Origin: Mustelus asterias
Lineage: Eukaryota
Direction of reading: 5' to 3'
NCBI RefSeq assembly: GCF_964213995.1
Contig: NW_027590224.1
Coordinates: forward strand, 248,001-312,000
Length of the DNA: 64,000 nt
Shown: piece after piece, positions 23,947 through 36,190 of the stretch
How positions within the stretch are numbered: position 1 is the stretch's first letter
How the letters are laid out: each line of letters starts with the position of its first letter
Notes under the pieces: model-generated
The model's input: the letters and a program-made list of their open reading frames with translations, nothing else
The model's database searches: none
What the model was told of the DNA's origin: nothing
Position numbers and translations under genes: made by a program

Positions 23947-24875
23947 GGAGATTCTTCTCTGGAGTCTTCAACATGTCATTGATGAAGACGAACATCTCGC
24001 CAAGGCCATCCCCACACCACCACTTCTTGCCTTCAAACAACCGCACAACCTCAAACAGACCATTGTCCGCAGCAAATTACCCAGCCTTCAAGAGAACAGT
24101 GACCACAACACCACACAACCCTGCCACAGCAACCTCTGCAAGACATGCCGGATCATCGACACGGATGCCATCATCTCATGTGAGAACACCATCCACCAGG
24201 TACACGGTACATACACTTGCAACTTGGCCAACGTTGTCTATCTGATACACAGCAGGGAAGGATGTCCCGAGGCATGGTACATTGGGGAGACCATGCAGAC
24301 GCTACGACAACGGATGAATGAACACCACTCGACAATCACCAGGCAGGAGTGTTCTCTTCCTGTTGGGGAACGCTTCAGCGGTCACGGGCATTCGGCCTCT
24401 GATCTTCGGGTAAGCGTTCTCCAAGGCGGCCTTCATGACACACGACAACACAGAGTCGCTGCAGAGACTGATAGCCAAGTTCCGCACACATGAGGATGGC
24501 CTCAACCGGGATTTTGGGTTCATGTCACACTATCTGTAACCCCCACGACTTGCCTGGGCTTGCAAAATCTCACTAACTGTCCTGTCTGGAGACAATATAC
24601 ATCCTTTAACCTGTGCTTAACCCTGTCTTCACTCACATTGTCTGTACCTTTAAGACTTGATTAGCTGTAAAGACTCGCATTCCAACCATTATTTTGTAAA
24701 TTGGGTTTGTGTCTTTATGTGCCCTGTTTGTGAACAGAACTCCCACTCACCTGACTAAGGAGCAGCGCTCCGAAAGCTAGTGGCTTGTGCTATCAAATAA
24801 ACCAGTTGGACTTTAACCTGGTGTTGTGAGACTTCTTGCTGTGTTTACCCCAGTCCAACGCTGGCATCTCCACAT
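23947..24875 (+). mobile_element. 5'-truncated Penelope-like element
   Basis: GIY-YIG ORF close to 4282-4746; pLTR with a mutated hammerhead core (CUGACUA) at 24748-24782; possible TSD CATTCTAT. Confidence 0.92.
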
Positions 24876-25049
24876 CATTCTATATATTTCACAGTGTCTC
24901 ATTTTGTTTCAAAATAAAGGTTAACTTCCTTATTTCCTTTCACAAAATCACAGTAGTTATTGCTATATATTGATGTGAGTGGAGTCCAGTGAGTCTAAGT
25001 CTCGTTTCAGGTGGCTTTGTCTGGCAGCAGACTTTCTGAAGCATAAAAA

Positions 25050-25510
25050 CTATATTTGGAACAGGAGTAGGCCATTCGGGCCCTTTGAGCCTGCTCTGCT
25101 ATTCATTTGATCATGGCTGACCATCAAATTCAATATCCTGATCCCCACCTTCCCCACCCCCCCCCCCAATCCCTTGATCCCTTTAGCCCCAAGAGCTATA
25201 TCTAATTTCTTCTTGAATTCACACAAAGTTGTGGCCTCAACTACTTTCTGTGGTAGTGAAATCCACACTTTCACCACCCTCTGGGTGAAGGATTTTCTCC
25301 ACCTCAGTCTGAAAAGGTTTACCTCTTATCCTCAAACTACCACCCCTCGTTCTGGACTCCCTCACCAACGGGAACATTCTTTCTGAATCTACCCTGTCTA
25401 ACCTTCTTAGAATTTTATGAGTTTCTATGAGATCCCCTCTCACTCTTCTAAATTCCAGTGAATACAATCCTAACTAATTTAGCCTCTTCTCATATGACTG
25501 ACCTACCATA
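25050..25510 (-). mobile_element. CR1 3' fragment
   Basis: YSLEFRRVRGDLIETHKI...SRTRG.SLRIRG; CR1 3' UTR. Confidence 0.9.
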
Positions 25511-26055
25511 CCTGTTAAGCACATTGACATGACACACTGTGAGTTTTCCTTCTATCTGCCATTCATATAAAAGAATCAATTTCATTCAATTTCCTATCAA
25601 TTTGATAAGACTCACTAAACCTTGCTTTTAAAGATCCACCTACGACTGGTAGCAATCCGACAACTTTATCCCCAGCAGCAAAACTATGAATTTTTGATTT
25701 TTTATCCGCTTCCTGTTTCATCACATGCTGTTCCACTTTTAAATGTTGTCCAGCCAATTCACCTGCTCTACTTAACCTTTTACTAAAATTTGACACATAT
25801 TCCAATAGTGCAGCCTCAGAAAGCTGACTCACCAATTTCTCTCTCATCAATTTAAGTGGTCGGTCCACTTACCTCATGACCAAAAACCAATTCAAATGGA
25901 CTGAATTTGGTTGACTCAGTAGGTGCATCCCTGACTGCAAAAAGTACAAATGGAATTCCCTTATCCCAATCCTCTGGATAATCTTGACAGTAAGCCCTCA
26001 ACATTGTCTTTAAAGTTTGATGCCACCGCTCTAACGCTCCCTGTGATTCTGGATG

Positions 26056-26164
26056 ATGGCACAAGCTTGTGGCTTGTGCTACCAAATAAACCTGTTGGAC
26101 CTTAACCTGGTGTTGTGAGACTTCTTACAGTCCTTACCCAGTCCAACGCCGGCATCGCCACCTC
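26056..26164 (+). mobile_element. Penelope pLTR 3' fragment inside the integrase
   Basis: pLTR end sequence; flanking duplication TTCTGGATG duplicates the HPE codons. Confidence 0.85.
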
Positions 26165-26519
26165 ATTCTGGATGGTACGCAGTTGATTTAAATTGTTTGA
26201 CTCCTAAGCTATCTATAACCTCCTTGAATATCTTTGATGTAAAATTAGATCCTTGATCTGATTGTATTTCTGTGGGGAATCCATACCTGGTAAAAAATTG
26301 AAGTAACTCTTTTACAATCCTTTCAGCTGTAAGATTGCACATTGGAATGGTCTCTGGAAACCTAGTAGACACATCCATTACAGTCAAAAAATATTGATTC
26401 CCACTTTTTGCTTTAGGGAGGGGTCCTACGCAATCAATTGAGACCCTTGTAAAAAGTTCCTCAAATGCTGGAATGGATATTAAGGGTGCTGGTTTTATCA
26501 CTCCTTGAGGTTTGCCTTT

Positions 26520-26846
26520 CATAGTATAGAATCCCTCCAGCCCAGAAGGAGGCCATTTGGCCCATCGGGTCTGCACCGACCACAATCCCACCCAGGCCCT
26601 ATCCTCGTCACCCCACGTATTTACCCTCCTACTCCCCCTGACACTAAGGGGCAATTTGGTACGGTCAATCCACCTAACCCGCACATCTTTGAACTGTGGG
26701 AGGAAACTGGAGCAGCTGGAGGAAACCCACGCAGATACGGGGAGAATGTGCTAACTCCACACAGATAGTGACTCAAGCTGGGATCCAACCCGGGCCCCTA
26801 GCGCTGTGAGGCAGCAATGCTAACCATTGTGCCACCGTGCCGCCCT
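26520..26846 (-). mobile_element. HE1-type V-SINE
   Basis: tRNA head, V-domain, CR1-like tail. Confidence 0.92.
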
Positions 26847-28519
26847 ATTACTTGACATGTGTGACATGACCACATCTTATTGTAATCCAGGCCAATAAAA
26901 ATGTTTTTGTATTTTAGCTTGAGTTTTCCTTACTCCCAAATGATCTCCTACCAGTCCCTCATGTGCTACTCGCAACCCTCCTTTCTATACCCTACTGGCA
27001 ATACCACGATGAACTACTGCTCGCTTTTCATCTGCCTGAATATGCAAAGATCTCCATTTCCTCCATTAGACATCATTTTTAAGGTAATAACATTCCGGTA
27101 TACACTCAGATTCCTCCTCCGTGTATGCTCTCTGATACGACTGTTTTATTTCTAAATCCTTATGTTGTAACTCTGCCAACTTTCCCAAACTCAAAATATC
27201 CACCTCATTCTCCACCTGTTTTTGTTCTTTTCCAGCCATCTGATCAAAAATCGTTTCCAAGAATTGAACTTCAACTTTCTTACCTTCACTCTTTGATTTC
27301 TCCTCTGGACTTAATCTGTGGCTTTGTGACCTTGTCACTACACAATCAGGAACAATTCCAGGATATGCATCCTTCAGCAACTCAGTTGTTTGATTTTCCA
27401 CTGGCTTTTCAACCACAGTAGGCATCGCTCCCACCTGTGATCCAGCTGTATCATTACCCAAGATAAACTGTATTCCTCGACAAGATCATTTCTCTATTAC
27501 TCCTGCTACCACTTCCCCACTCTTCACTGAACTCTCCAACCTCACCTTATATAATGGAACACTGCTCTTCTCATCCTGAATTCCACATATTACCACCTTT
27601 TCTGGCAATACTCCTTCCAAATTACAAAACTCCTCATCTCTTACCAGCGAAGATTGACTTGCTCCCGTATCTCTTAAGATTTTAACTTCTTCACCTCCTG
27701 GTACACGAGTAAACTTTAGCCACACAAGTAAACTCTTTAACGAGATCTGGCACCTTCTTATCAATCAACTCCTGACCCAGGCTGTACATTGTTTTGCACT
27801 CCTTCGCTTGGATTGGACTTTCCTTTACCACTTTAACAAACCCCATTGGCTTATCCTATTTTACCACGTCATTCTTCCCGGTACATTTCTTAAACCACCA
27901 ACACTGCGACTTTGCATGGCCTAATTTATTATAGTGAAGCTTTTCATTTCTCTTCCACCCTCCTGTATTTCCTTTTTAATCTGAGGGACACTGTCTTTAT
28001 TATCTCCCACAAGATCTCCTTTACCTTTACCACCTGAGGATTTCTCTTTTCCCCAGTTTCTGTCCCTCACAGGCTAAAACTGATGTCAGAAACCAAACTT
28101 TGATTTATGAACTAATTATAATCATCTGCCATTTCTGCTGCTGACCTTGCAGTTTTAACCCTCTGCTCTTCCACATGAGTTCTCACTCCATCAGGAAGTG
28201 AATTTTTAAACTTCTCCAAAATAATAAATTCTCTGAGAGCATCATACATTTGGTCTATTTTCAAAGCCCTTATCCACTTATCAAAATTACTGTGTTTGAT
28301 CCTTTCAAATTCTTTGTACATTTGACCAGGTTCTTTCCTTAGATTTCTAAACCATGGTCTGAAAGCTTCTGGCACTAGTTCAGATGCACCGAAGATGGAT
28401 TTTTTCCACTTCATCATAATTCTCAGATACTTCCTCTGAGAGTGATGCAAACACCTCACTAGCTCTACCTACCAACTGTGTTTGAATCACTAATACCCAC
28501 ATGATCTGTGGCAGTTTCA

Positions 28520-28640
28520 TTTAGAAACATAGAAACATAGAAAACTACAGCACAAAACAGGCCCTTCGGCCCCACAAGTTGTGCCGAAGATATCCCTACC
28601 TTTTAGGCCTACCTATAACCCTCCATCCTATTAAGTATAG
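28520..28640 (-). mobile_element. Short CR1 3' tail
   Basis: (AGAAACAT)n microsatellite followed by CAGCACAAAACAGGCCCTTCGGCCC. Confidence 0.75.
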
Positions 28641-29280
28641 AAACAGGAAAACGACACCATTTTCTCAAATGAAATGAAAAAGGCTTCTACATCCTTCTCA
28701 TCAAACTTTGGCAATGTTTGGACATATTTAAATATATCCGCACCAGTCCTTTGACTGTGACGCTGTTGTTCTTCACCATCCTCATCACTATACTCAGCCT
28801 GTACTTTTCCCTTTACCTCCACCAATTTTAACTGACATTCACTTTTTACTTTTTACTGCCAGTTTCTGAAGTTCAAATTCCCCCCCTTTTTCCCTTTCCT
28901 CTCTCTTTCTCTTCTTGTTCAGCTCGGGCTGTCCTTTCCCTTTCTTTTTCCCTTCCCTGTAGTTCAAGCAGGTTCATTTCTTTCTCTTGTTGCAATTCAA
29001 ACTGTTTCAAGTCTTTTGCTTGCTGTTCCTCCCTTTCTCTGGCTTTAATTTCAAATTCAAGCTGTTTTAATTCTTTTTCATGTTCAAGCTGTTTCATTTG
29101 TAGTTGAATTCTCGCCATTTCTATTGATTCTGAATGTGTTTCTGGCAATTTTAAATGCTGAGCTATCACCACAATTATCTCCCCCTTCCTGAAGCTCTCA
29201 GTTAACCAAAAGGTCTGCTTACAACTGCAGAGAACATGATTTACAAAATATACTTCTTAAAGGCACACTAATGTCACACT

Positions 29281-29875
29281 GCCAAGTGAGACCTTGTCGA
29301 AAGCCTTCTGAAAATCTAAACCACATCCGCTGATTCTCCTCGGTCAACTCTACTCGTTAACATCCTCAAAGAATTCCGATAGATTCATCATGCATGATTT
29401 CCTTTTTGTAAATCCATGCTGACTTTGTCTGACACTGCCTTCCAAATGCTGAGTTATGAAATCCTTGATAATGGACTCTAGCAACTTCCCCAGTACCGAT
29501 GTTAGGCTCACTGTTGTATCATTCCCTGTTTCTCTACCACCCTTTTCACATTAACTCCCCTCCAATCTGCAGGAACCAATCCAGAGTCCAAAGAATTTTG
29601 GGAAATAACTACCACTGGCTCTACTATTTCCAGGGTCACTCCCTTCAGTACTCTGGGATAAAGATTGTCAGACCCTGGAGATTTATCCACCTTCAATCCC
29701 ATCTATTTCCCCAAAACTATTTCTCTACTAATTCTGATTTCCTTCAGCTCCTCACTAAAACCTGTTTCTTTCAGAACTTCTGGTACATTATTATTCATGT
29801 CTTCCTTTGTGGAAACTGAAGCAAAGTACGAATTTAGTTCCTCGGCCATTTCTTTGTTCCCTGTTATAAATTCTG
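29281..29875 (-). mobile_element. CR1 ORF2 internal fragment
   Basis: LKVDKSPGSDNLYPRVLK...DSGLVPADWR. Confidence 0.85.
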
Positions 29876-30604
29876 AAAGCCAGTGTTGAGAGCGAAGGTG
29901 GTTGGAACTATCGGCCTGTTACCAGCTGCAGCCTTCACAACAAACTCCTTGTGTCTCACCTTCAATTTTTGGTGTTTTAATCTGCCAGATTGATAGTGTT
30001 GCTTCAGATTGCTGAAGAAACTGATCTTGATTTCAGGCAGCGAATGAAGTGTCTGAAAGAGCAGGCGTTTGCACAGTCAATCCCACGTTTTTATCAGCTT
30101 TAAGCTCTGAAAAAAATGGGGTTCATCTTTTAACGATGAAGCTGTGATTCTGATCATGGATTTCAAACAACACTTGCTCTACTCTCCTGCCCATTCCCCC
30201 CCTCACAAACTCAAACTCCCCCTCCCCGCAGATCCTGCAACCTCATCACAAGCCCTCCCTCCAGGCATCCTGGCCCTCACACACACACTCCCTTCTTGTA
30301 AGTCTTGTGACCCAACCCCCTCACAAAGTCTCCCTCCCCCCACCCTCTCACACTCTTCCCCCAATCCCCTCGCAGTGCCCCCACTTCTGACTCTCCCATT
30401 CCCATTCGACTTGTTCGCCTGTGATCTTCAGTACAGCTTGCTGAACCCACGCTGTGTCTTCAGCGTGGCCGCCGTGCCTTTCCCTCGCCCTGGGCTGTCG
30501 TTGCATGCCTGCTGCTGGCCTGGGGCAGTGAGCTCTGTTGCTGCATAAGACTGGTGCTTGGCTCTGCGGGCTGTTGTTACACGGTTGTAGCTGGCCTGGA
30601 AGTG

Positions 30605-31745
30605 TCATGGAGTCATAGAGGTTTACAGCATGGAAACAGGCCCTTCGGCCCAACTTGTCCATGCCGCCCTTTTTTTTAAAACCCCTAAGCTAATCCCAAT
30701 TGCCCGCATTTGGCCCATATCCCTCTATACCCATCTTATCCATGTAACCATCTAAATGCTTTTTAAAAGACAAAATTCTATCCGCCTCTACTACTACCTC
30801 TGGCAGCTTGTTCCAGACACTCACCACCCTCTGGGTGAAAAAATTGCCCATCTGGACACTTTTGTATCTCTCCCCTCTCACCGTAAACCTATGCCCTCTA
30901 GTTTTAGACTCCCCTACTTTTGGGAAAAGATATTGACTATCGAGCTGATCTGTGCCCCTCATTATTTTATAGACCTCTATAAGATCACCCCTCAGCCTCC
31001 TATGCTCCAGAGAACATAGTCCCAGTCTATCCAGCCTCTCCTTCGAACTCAAACCATCAAGTCCCGGTAGCATCCTAGTAAAGCTTTTCTGCACTCTTTC
31101 TAGGTTAATAATATCTTTTCTATAATAGGGTGACCAGAACTGCACGCAGTATTCCAAGTGTGGCCTTACCAATGTCTTGTACAACTTCAACAAGACGTCC
31201 CAACTCCTGTATTCAATGTTCTGACCGATGAAACCAAGCATGCCGAATGCCTTGTTCACCACTCTGTCCACCTGTGACTCCACTTTCAAGGAGCTATGAG
31301 CAGAGATCTCTTTGTTCTGTAACTCTCCCTAATGCCCGACCAGTAACTGAGTAAGTCCTGCCCTGGTTCAATCTACCAAAATGCATCACCTCACATTTGT
31401 CTAAATTAAACTCCATCTGCCATTCGTCAGCCCACTGGCAATCGGAGATAACTTTCTCCACAATGCCACCAATCTTGGTGTCATCTGCAAACTTACTAAC
31501 CATGCCTCCTATATTCTCATCCAACTCATTGATATAAATGACAAATAACAGTGGACCCAGCACTGATCCCTGAGGCACACCGCTGGTCACAGGCCTCCAG
31601 TTTGAAAAACAACCCGCTACATCCACCCTCTGGCTTCCAACGCCGGCATCTCCACATTCTGTTAAGAAGCCAATTTTGTATCCATTTCCATACCTCACCC
31701 TGATCCCGTGAGATTTAATCTTATGCAACAACCTACCATGCGGTA
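30605..31745 (-). mobile_element. CR1/HER1 3' fragment, same subfamily as 19703-21931
   Basis: Near-identical ORF2 C-terminus and 3' UTR. Confidence 0.95.
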
Positions 31746-31754
31746 CCAAGTGTT

Positions 31755-32040
31755 GGGGGGTGGGGGCGAGTCCACTACACTATTCTGCCGGGCAGTGGGG
31801 GGTGGGAAAAGAGCGGGCTCTGCTGTGCTATTCTTCCGGGGAGTGGGGGTGGGGGTGCGGAAAGAGGGGGGCTCTGCTACACTATTTTGCCGGGGAGTGG
31901 GGGTGGGGGGTGTGGAAAGAGGGGGATCTACTGCGCTATTCTGCCGGGGTGGGGGTGGGGAAAGAGGGTCTCTGCTGTGCTATTTTGCCGTGGGTGGGGG
32001 TGGGGAAAGAGGGGGATCTACTGCACTATTCTGCTGGTGT
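31755..32040. repeat. G-rich imperfect tandem repeat (~45-55 bp unit, ~6 copies)
   Basis: Recurring CTACTGCGCTATTCTGCCGGGGTGGGGGTGGGGAAAGAGGGG-like unit. Confidence 0.75.
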
Positions 32041-32591
32041 AAACCTAGTCCTCAGCTCCGAATGGCTTGTTTCCATGGTGAAGCCGAGTGCCTTTGCTGC
32101 CTTGGGGAGTGGGTGGAGGGGGTGGGGGTGGGAGGCAAGGGGGGGAAAGGGGAGGATCCGCTGAGCTCTGCTGCCAGAGCAAACCTACTCCAGCAATGCT
32201 CGACTTTTCCCCTCATGCCTTTGGGGTGCTGCATGCCTGTTACCGGCCCCGGGGTGGTCCGCTGTGCCAGTGCAGACCTCAGCAGCTTCTCTCATTGTGG
32301 CCAGCCACCCCACCCCTCCCTCACCTTGTGGTCTCGAGCTCGTCAGCCTGCTGCCTGCAATCATTTTACTTTTCTCGCACTTTGACACAGCCAGTCAGAG
32401 TATGCTTTCCTTCTACTTTTGCTGCTGATAGACTCAAACAAACTGGCCTATCACAGCAACATACAGAGCAATCAGGCACTGATTGGCTGCTCTGCCAACT
32501 GTCAACTCTGGACATGTCGCACTGACACGGTCCACCCAACCACTCCCCATTTGTCAGCGTCTGTGCCTCGGCACGGTGTAAACCAACCTCT

Positions 32592-33675
32592 GGTCAGAGG
32601 GTCAGTACTGAGGGAGTGCCGCACTGTCAGAGGGTCAGTACTGAGGGAGTGCCGCACTGTCAGAGGGTCAGTACTGAGGGAGTGCAGCACTGTCAGAGGG
32701 TCAGTACTGAGGGAGTGCCGCACTGTCAGAGGGTCAGTACTGAGGGAGTGCAGCACTGTCAGAGGGTCAGTACTGAGGGAGTGCCGCACTGTCAGAGGGT
32801 CAGTGCTGAGGGAGTGCTGCACTGTCAGAGGGTCAGTACTGAGGGAGTGCCGCACTGTCAGAGGGTCAGTACTGAGGGAGTGCCGCACTGTCAGAGGGTC
32901 AGTACTGAGGGAGTGCTGCACTGTCAGAGGGTCAATACTGAGGGAGTGTCGCACTGTCAGAGGGTCAGTACTAAGGGAGTGCTGCACTGTCAGAGGGTCA
33001 GTACTGAGGGAGTGCCGCACTGTCAGAGGGTCAGTACTGAGGGAGTGCCGCACTGTCAGAGGGTCAGTACTGAGGGAGTGCTGCACTGTCAGAGGGTCAA
33101 TACTGAGGGAGTGTCGCACTGTCAGAGGGTCAGTACTAAGGGAGTGCTGCACTGTCAGAGGGTCAGTACTGAGGGAGTGCCGCACTGTCAGAGGGTCAGT
33201 ACTGAGGGAGTGCCGCACTGTCAGAGGGTCAGTGCTGAGGGAGTGCTGCACTGTCAGAGGGTCAGTACTAAGGGAGTGCTGCACTGTCAGAGGGTCAGTA
33301 CTGACGGAGTGCCGCACTGTCAGAGGGTCAGTGCTGAGGGAGTGCTGCACTGTCAGAGGATCAGTACTAAGGGAGTGCTGCACTGTCAGAGGGTCAGTAC
33401 TGAGGGAGTGCCGCACTGTCAGAGGGTCAGTACTGAGGGAGTGCCGCACTGTCAGAGGGTCAGTACTGACGGAGTGCCGCACTGTCAGAGGGTCAGTGCT
33501 GAGGGAGTGCCGCACTGTCAGAGGATCAGTACTAAGGGAGTGCTGCACTGTCAGAGGGTCAGTACTGAGGGAGTGCCGCACTGTCAGAGGGTCAGTGCTG
33601 AGGGAGTGCCGCACTGTCAGAGGGTCAGTACTGACGGAGTGCCGCACTGTCAGAGGGTCAGTACTGAGGGAGTGT
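32592..33675. repeat. 33-bp minisatellite array 3
   Basis: ~33 homogeneous copies with higher-order duplicated variant blocks. Confidence 0.97.
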
Positions 33676-33985
33676 TCAGAGGGAGAGAGAGAGATAGAGA
33701 CAGTGAGAGACTGGTACAGAGATATATAAAAAAGAAAATCATGCAATGTTTGTCTGAGGAATCGGATGTTTAGAGGACTGTTAAAAGTCAGTGGACTGGT
33801 CAGTATTTAAAAGCTCTGCAACCAGCCTGATCAAGTCCACCACTATCGTAACTGACTTCATTAGTAAGTGTGTACAAGACTGTATTTCCCAACCGGAAAC
33901 CATTGTCGAACAGGGATATCCACTGCTTGCTGAAGTCCAGGTCTGAGGCGTTCACGTCAGGTGAACCCTGACCGATACAAGAAAG

Positions 33986-34236
33986 TAAGAGTTTTAACAA
34001 CACCCAGGTTAAAGTCCAACAGGTTTATTTGGTAGCAATTGCCATTAGCTTTCGGAGCGCTGCTCCTTCGTCAGATGGAGTGGATGTCCACTCAGATATC
34101 TACTCCATCTGACGAAGGAGCAGCGCTCCGAAAGCTAATGGCATTTGCTACCAAATAAACCTGTTGGACTTTAACCTGGTGTTGTTAAAACTCTTACTGT
34201 GTTTACCCCAGTCCAACGCCGGCATCTCCATCTCAT
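33986..34236. mobile_element. Penelope inverted pLTR pair with two intact hammerheads
   Basis: ~100-bp near-perfect inverted arms; 13-bp TSD CGATACAAGAAAG; hammerheads at 34042-34078 (-) and 34105-34141 (+). Confidence 0.9.
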
Positions 34237-35034
34237 CGATACAAGAAAGCCAGATATAATCTAAGGAGATCCATCAAAGATAGTACCGGACCAAGCTAGA
34301 GTCCCAGGCTAGCCACACTGACTCCCGCTGACTATGGCAAGGTCTGCAAGACATAACAGACTGCAAGATGAAGGCATGTCGAATCGCCGGCTCCAACGCA
34401 CCCCTCCCTGATAAGCTCAATGCATTCTTTGCCCGCTTTGAGCAAGAGGTCAGTGAAAGCATGCCCTCCTCCCTGGAAGCTCAGGATGAACCTGTATCTG
34501 GGGTCACCATTACAGATGTTAGAGCAGCTTTCTCGAAGGTCAACCCACGGAAAGTGACTGGCCCGGATGGGGTACCCGGACGAGCGCTCAGATCCTGCGC
34601 GGTTGAGCTGGCGGGGATATTCGCAGACAGCTTCAACCTCTCTTTACAACAATCTAAGGTCCCTCTCTGCTTCAAGAAGACGACCATCATCCCAGTACCA
34701 AAGAAAAGTCAGGCAGCCTTAATGCATATCGGCCGGTGGCTCTGACATCCATCATTGTGAAGTGCTTCGAAAGGTTAGTCATGGAATCAATTCCAGCCTC
34801 CTGGACTGCCAGGATCCACTACAGTTTGCCTAAAACCGCAACAGGTCCACAGCAAACGCCATCCCCCTGGCCCTGCACTCAACCCTGGAACACCTAGATG
34901 ACAAAGACATCTATGTCAGACTCCTGTTTATCAACTGCAGCTCAGCTTTCAACACCATTATTCCAACGAAACTCATCTCCAAACTCTACGGCCTGGGCCT
35001 CGGCTCCTCCCTCTGCGATTGGATCCTGAACTTC

Positions 35035-35857
35035 TGTTGTACCTGTTAATTCTCAGATACTTTCAACCAGTTTACTTACTCCAAGGTTTTACCCCGGTGC
35101 CCTTATTTGCAAGATGGACAAAGGACAAACACAAGTAACGGTTCAACAAGTTTATTAATAATAACACTATTAACCCTTAAATTACCCACATAAAACAAGA
35201 GGATACCCCAGCAGATTCAAGTATACTACCCGTAAAGATGGTTTGGTTGAACTGCAGGTCCGATTCTCTGAGTCCCTCTGGTCCATCGTCACGAAGGTGA
35301 GTCTCGATGGCAGCTTCTTCCTTCCTTCCTTCTTCGGTCAGTCTTCCGAATGGTCACGGCCGTCTCCCCTGTCGAGTCTTCGCTCCTGTGTGTCTCAAAG
35401 TGTGTCTCTTTATCCCCCAGCCTGCTTGCCTTTCCAGAAACTTCTCTGGCTTCTGGCCAATGAGGTTCCAGCAGGGGGTTTCAATACCCAGTGGGTTTCT
35501 TGATGTTGGCCTGACAGGACACCAGGGTCCGCCCCCAGGTGTCCCATCTCCATGCTGTTGAACTTGTTATCAGGTAAGGTTTCTACAGGAACTCTTGGTG
35601 ACAGAAAGTCTGGCCCGATCTGGGCTTCTAACAATAGACCGATGCATTTCAATGAGGTGCCATGATCTCCTGCTAAGTCTCAAGTAGATTGTAACGACCT
35701 TTGATGGGTGGTTGATGGGTCAGGCCCAGACACGTTTGTGTATTTGTATAATTGGCCTGCCTGAGGTTTGACTGTTTGATTTTAATATACCCAATTCTTT
35801 AATTTAGGATATCCAATTTTATCAGCCTTAAAACTAGGCCCTGTTTATATCACCACA
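35035..35857 (-). mobile_element. Solo LTR (823 bp)
   Basis: TGTTGT...ACCACA termini, 4-bp TSD CTTC, interrupts the Rex1 sequence cleanly; AATAAA on the minus strand. Confidence 0.85.
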
Positions 35858-36190
35858 CTTCCTAACCCATAGACTGCACTCAGTAAGGATCGGCAACAAC
35901 ACCTCCTCCATGATCATCCTCAACACCGGTGCCCCACAAGGCTGTGTTCTCAGCCCCCTACTATACTCCTTATAAACCCATGATGTGTGGCCAAATTCCC
36001 CTCCAACTCGATTTTCAGGTTTGTTGGTGACACCACCGTAGTGGGTCGGATCTTAAACAATGATGAGATGGGGTACAGAAAAGAGATAAAGAATCTGGTG
36101 ATCTGGTGCGATGACAATAATCTCTCCCTCAATGTCAACCAAACGAAGGGGATAATCATCAACTGCAGGAAGCGTAGTGGAGAACATGTC

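Larger units (their letters stand above)
25511..29280 (-). mobile_element. Degraded Gmr1-like Gypsy LTR retrotransposon (gag, protease, integrase)
   Basis: Gag LPKFDEKDVEAFFISFEK and ELVPEA..AAEMADDY; protease ILRDTGASQS; integrase IDCVGPLPK, IQSDQGSNF, HPESQGALERWHQTLK; no RT between protease and integrase. Confidence 0.85.

Noticed and set aside
32419-33773. Long repetitive ORFs (VRGSVLRECRT, STEGVPHCQRV, LTVRHSLSTDP) over all 33-bp arrays
   Set aside because: A 33-bp unit is stop-free in several frames on both strands; no splice or start context, and arrays contain frameshifts (e.g. ~51383, ~58033).
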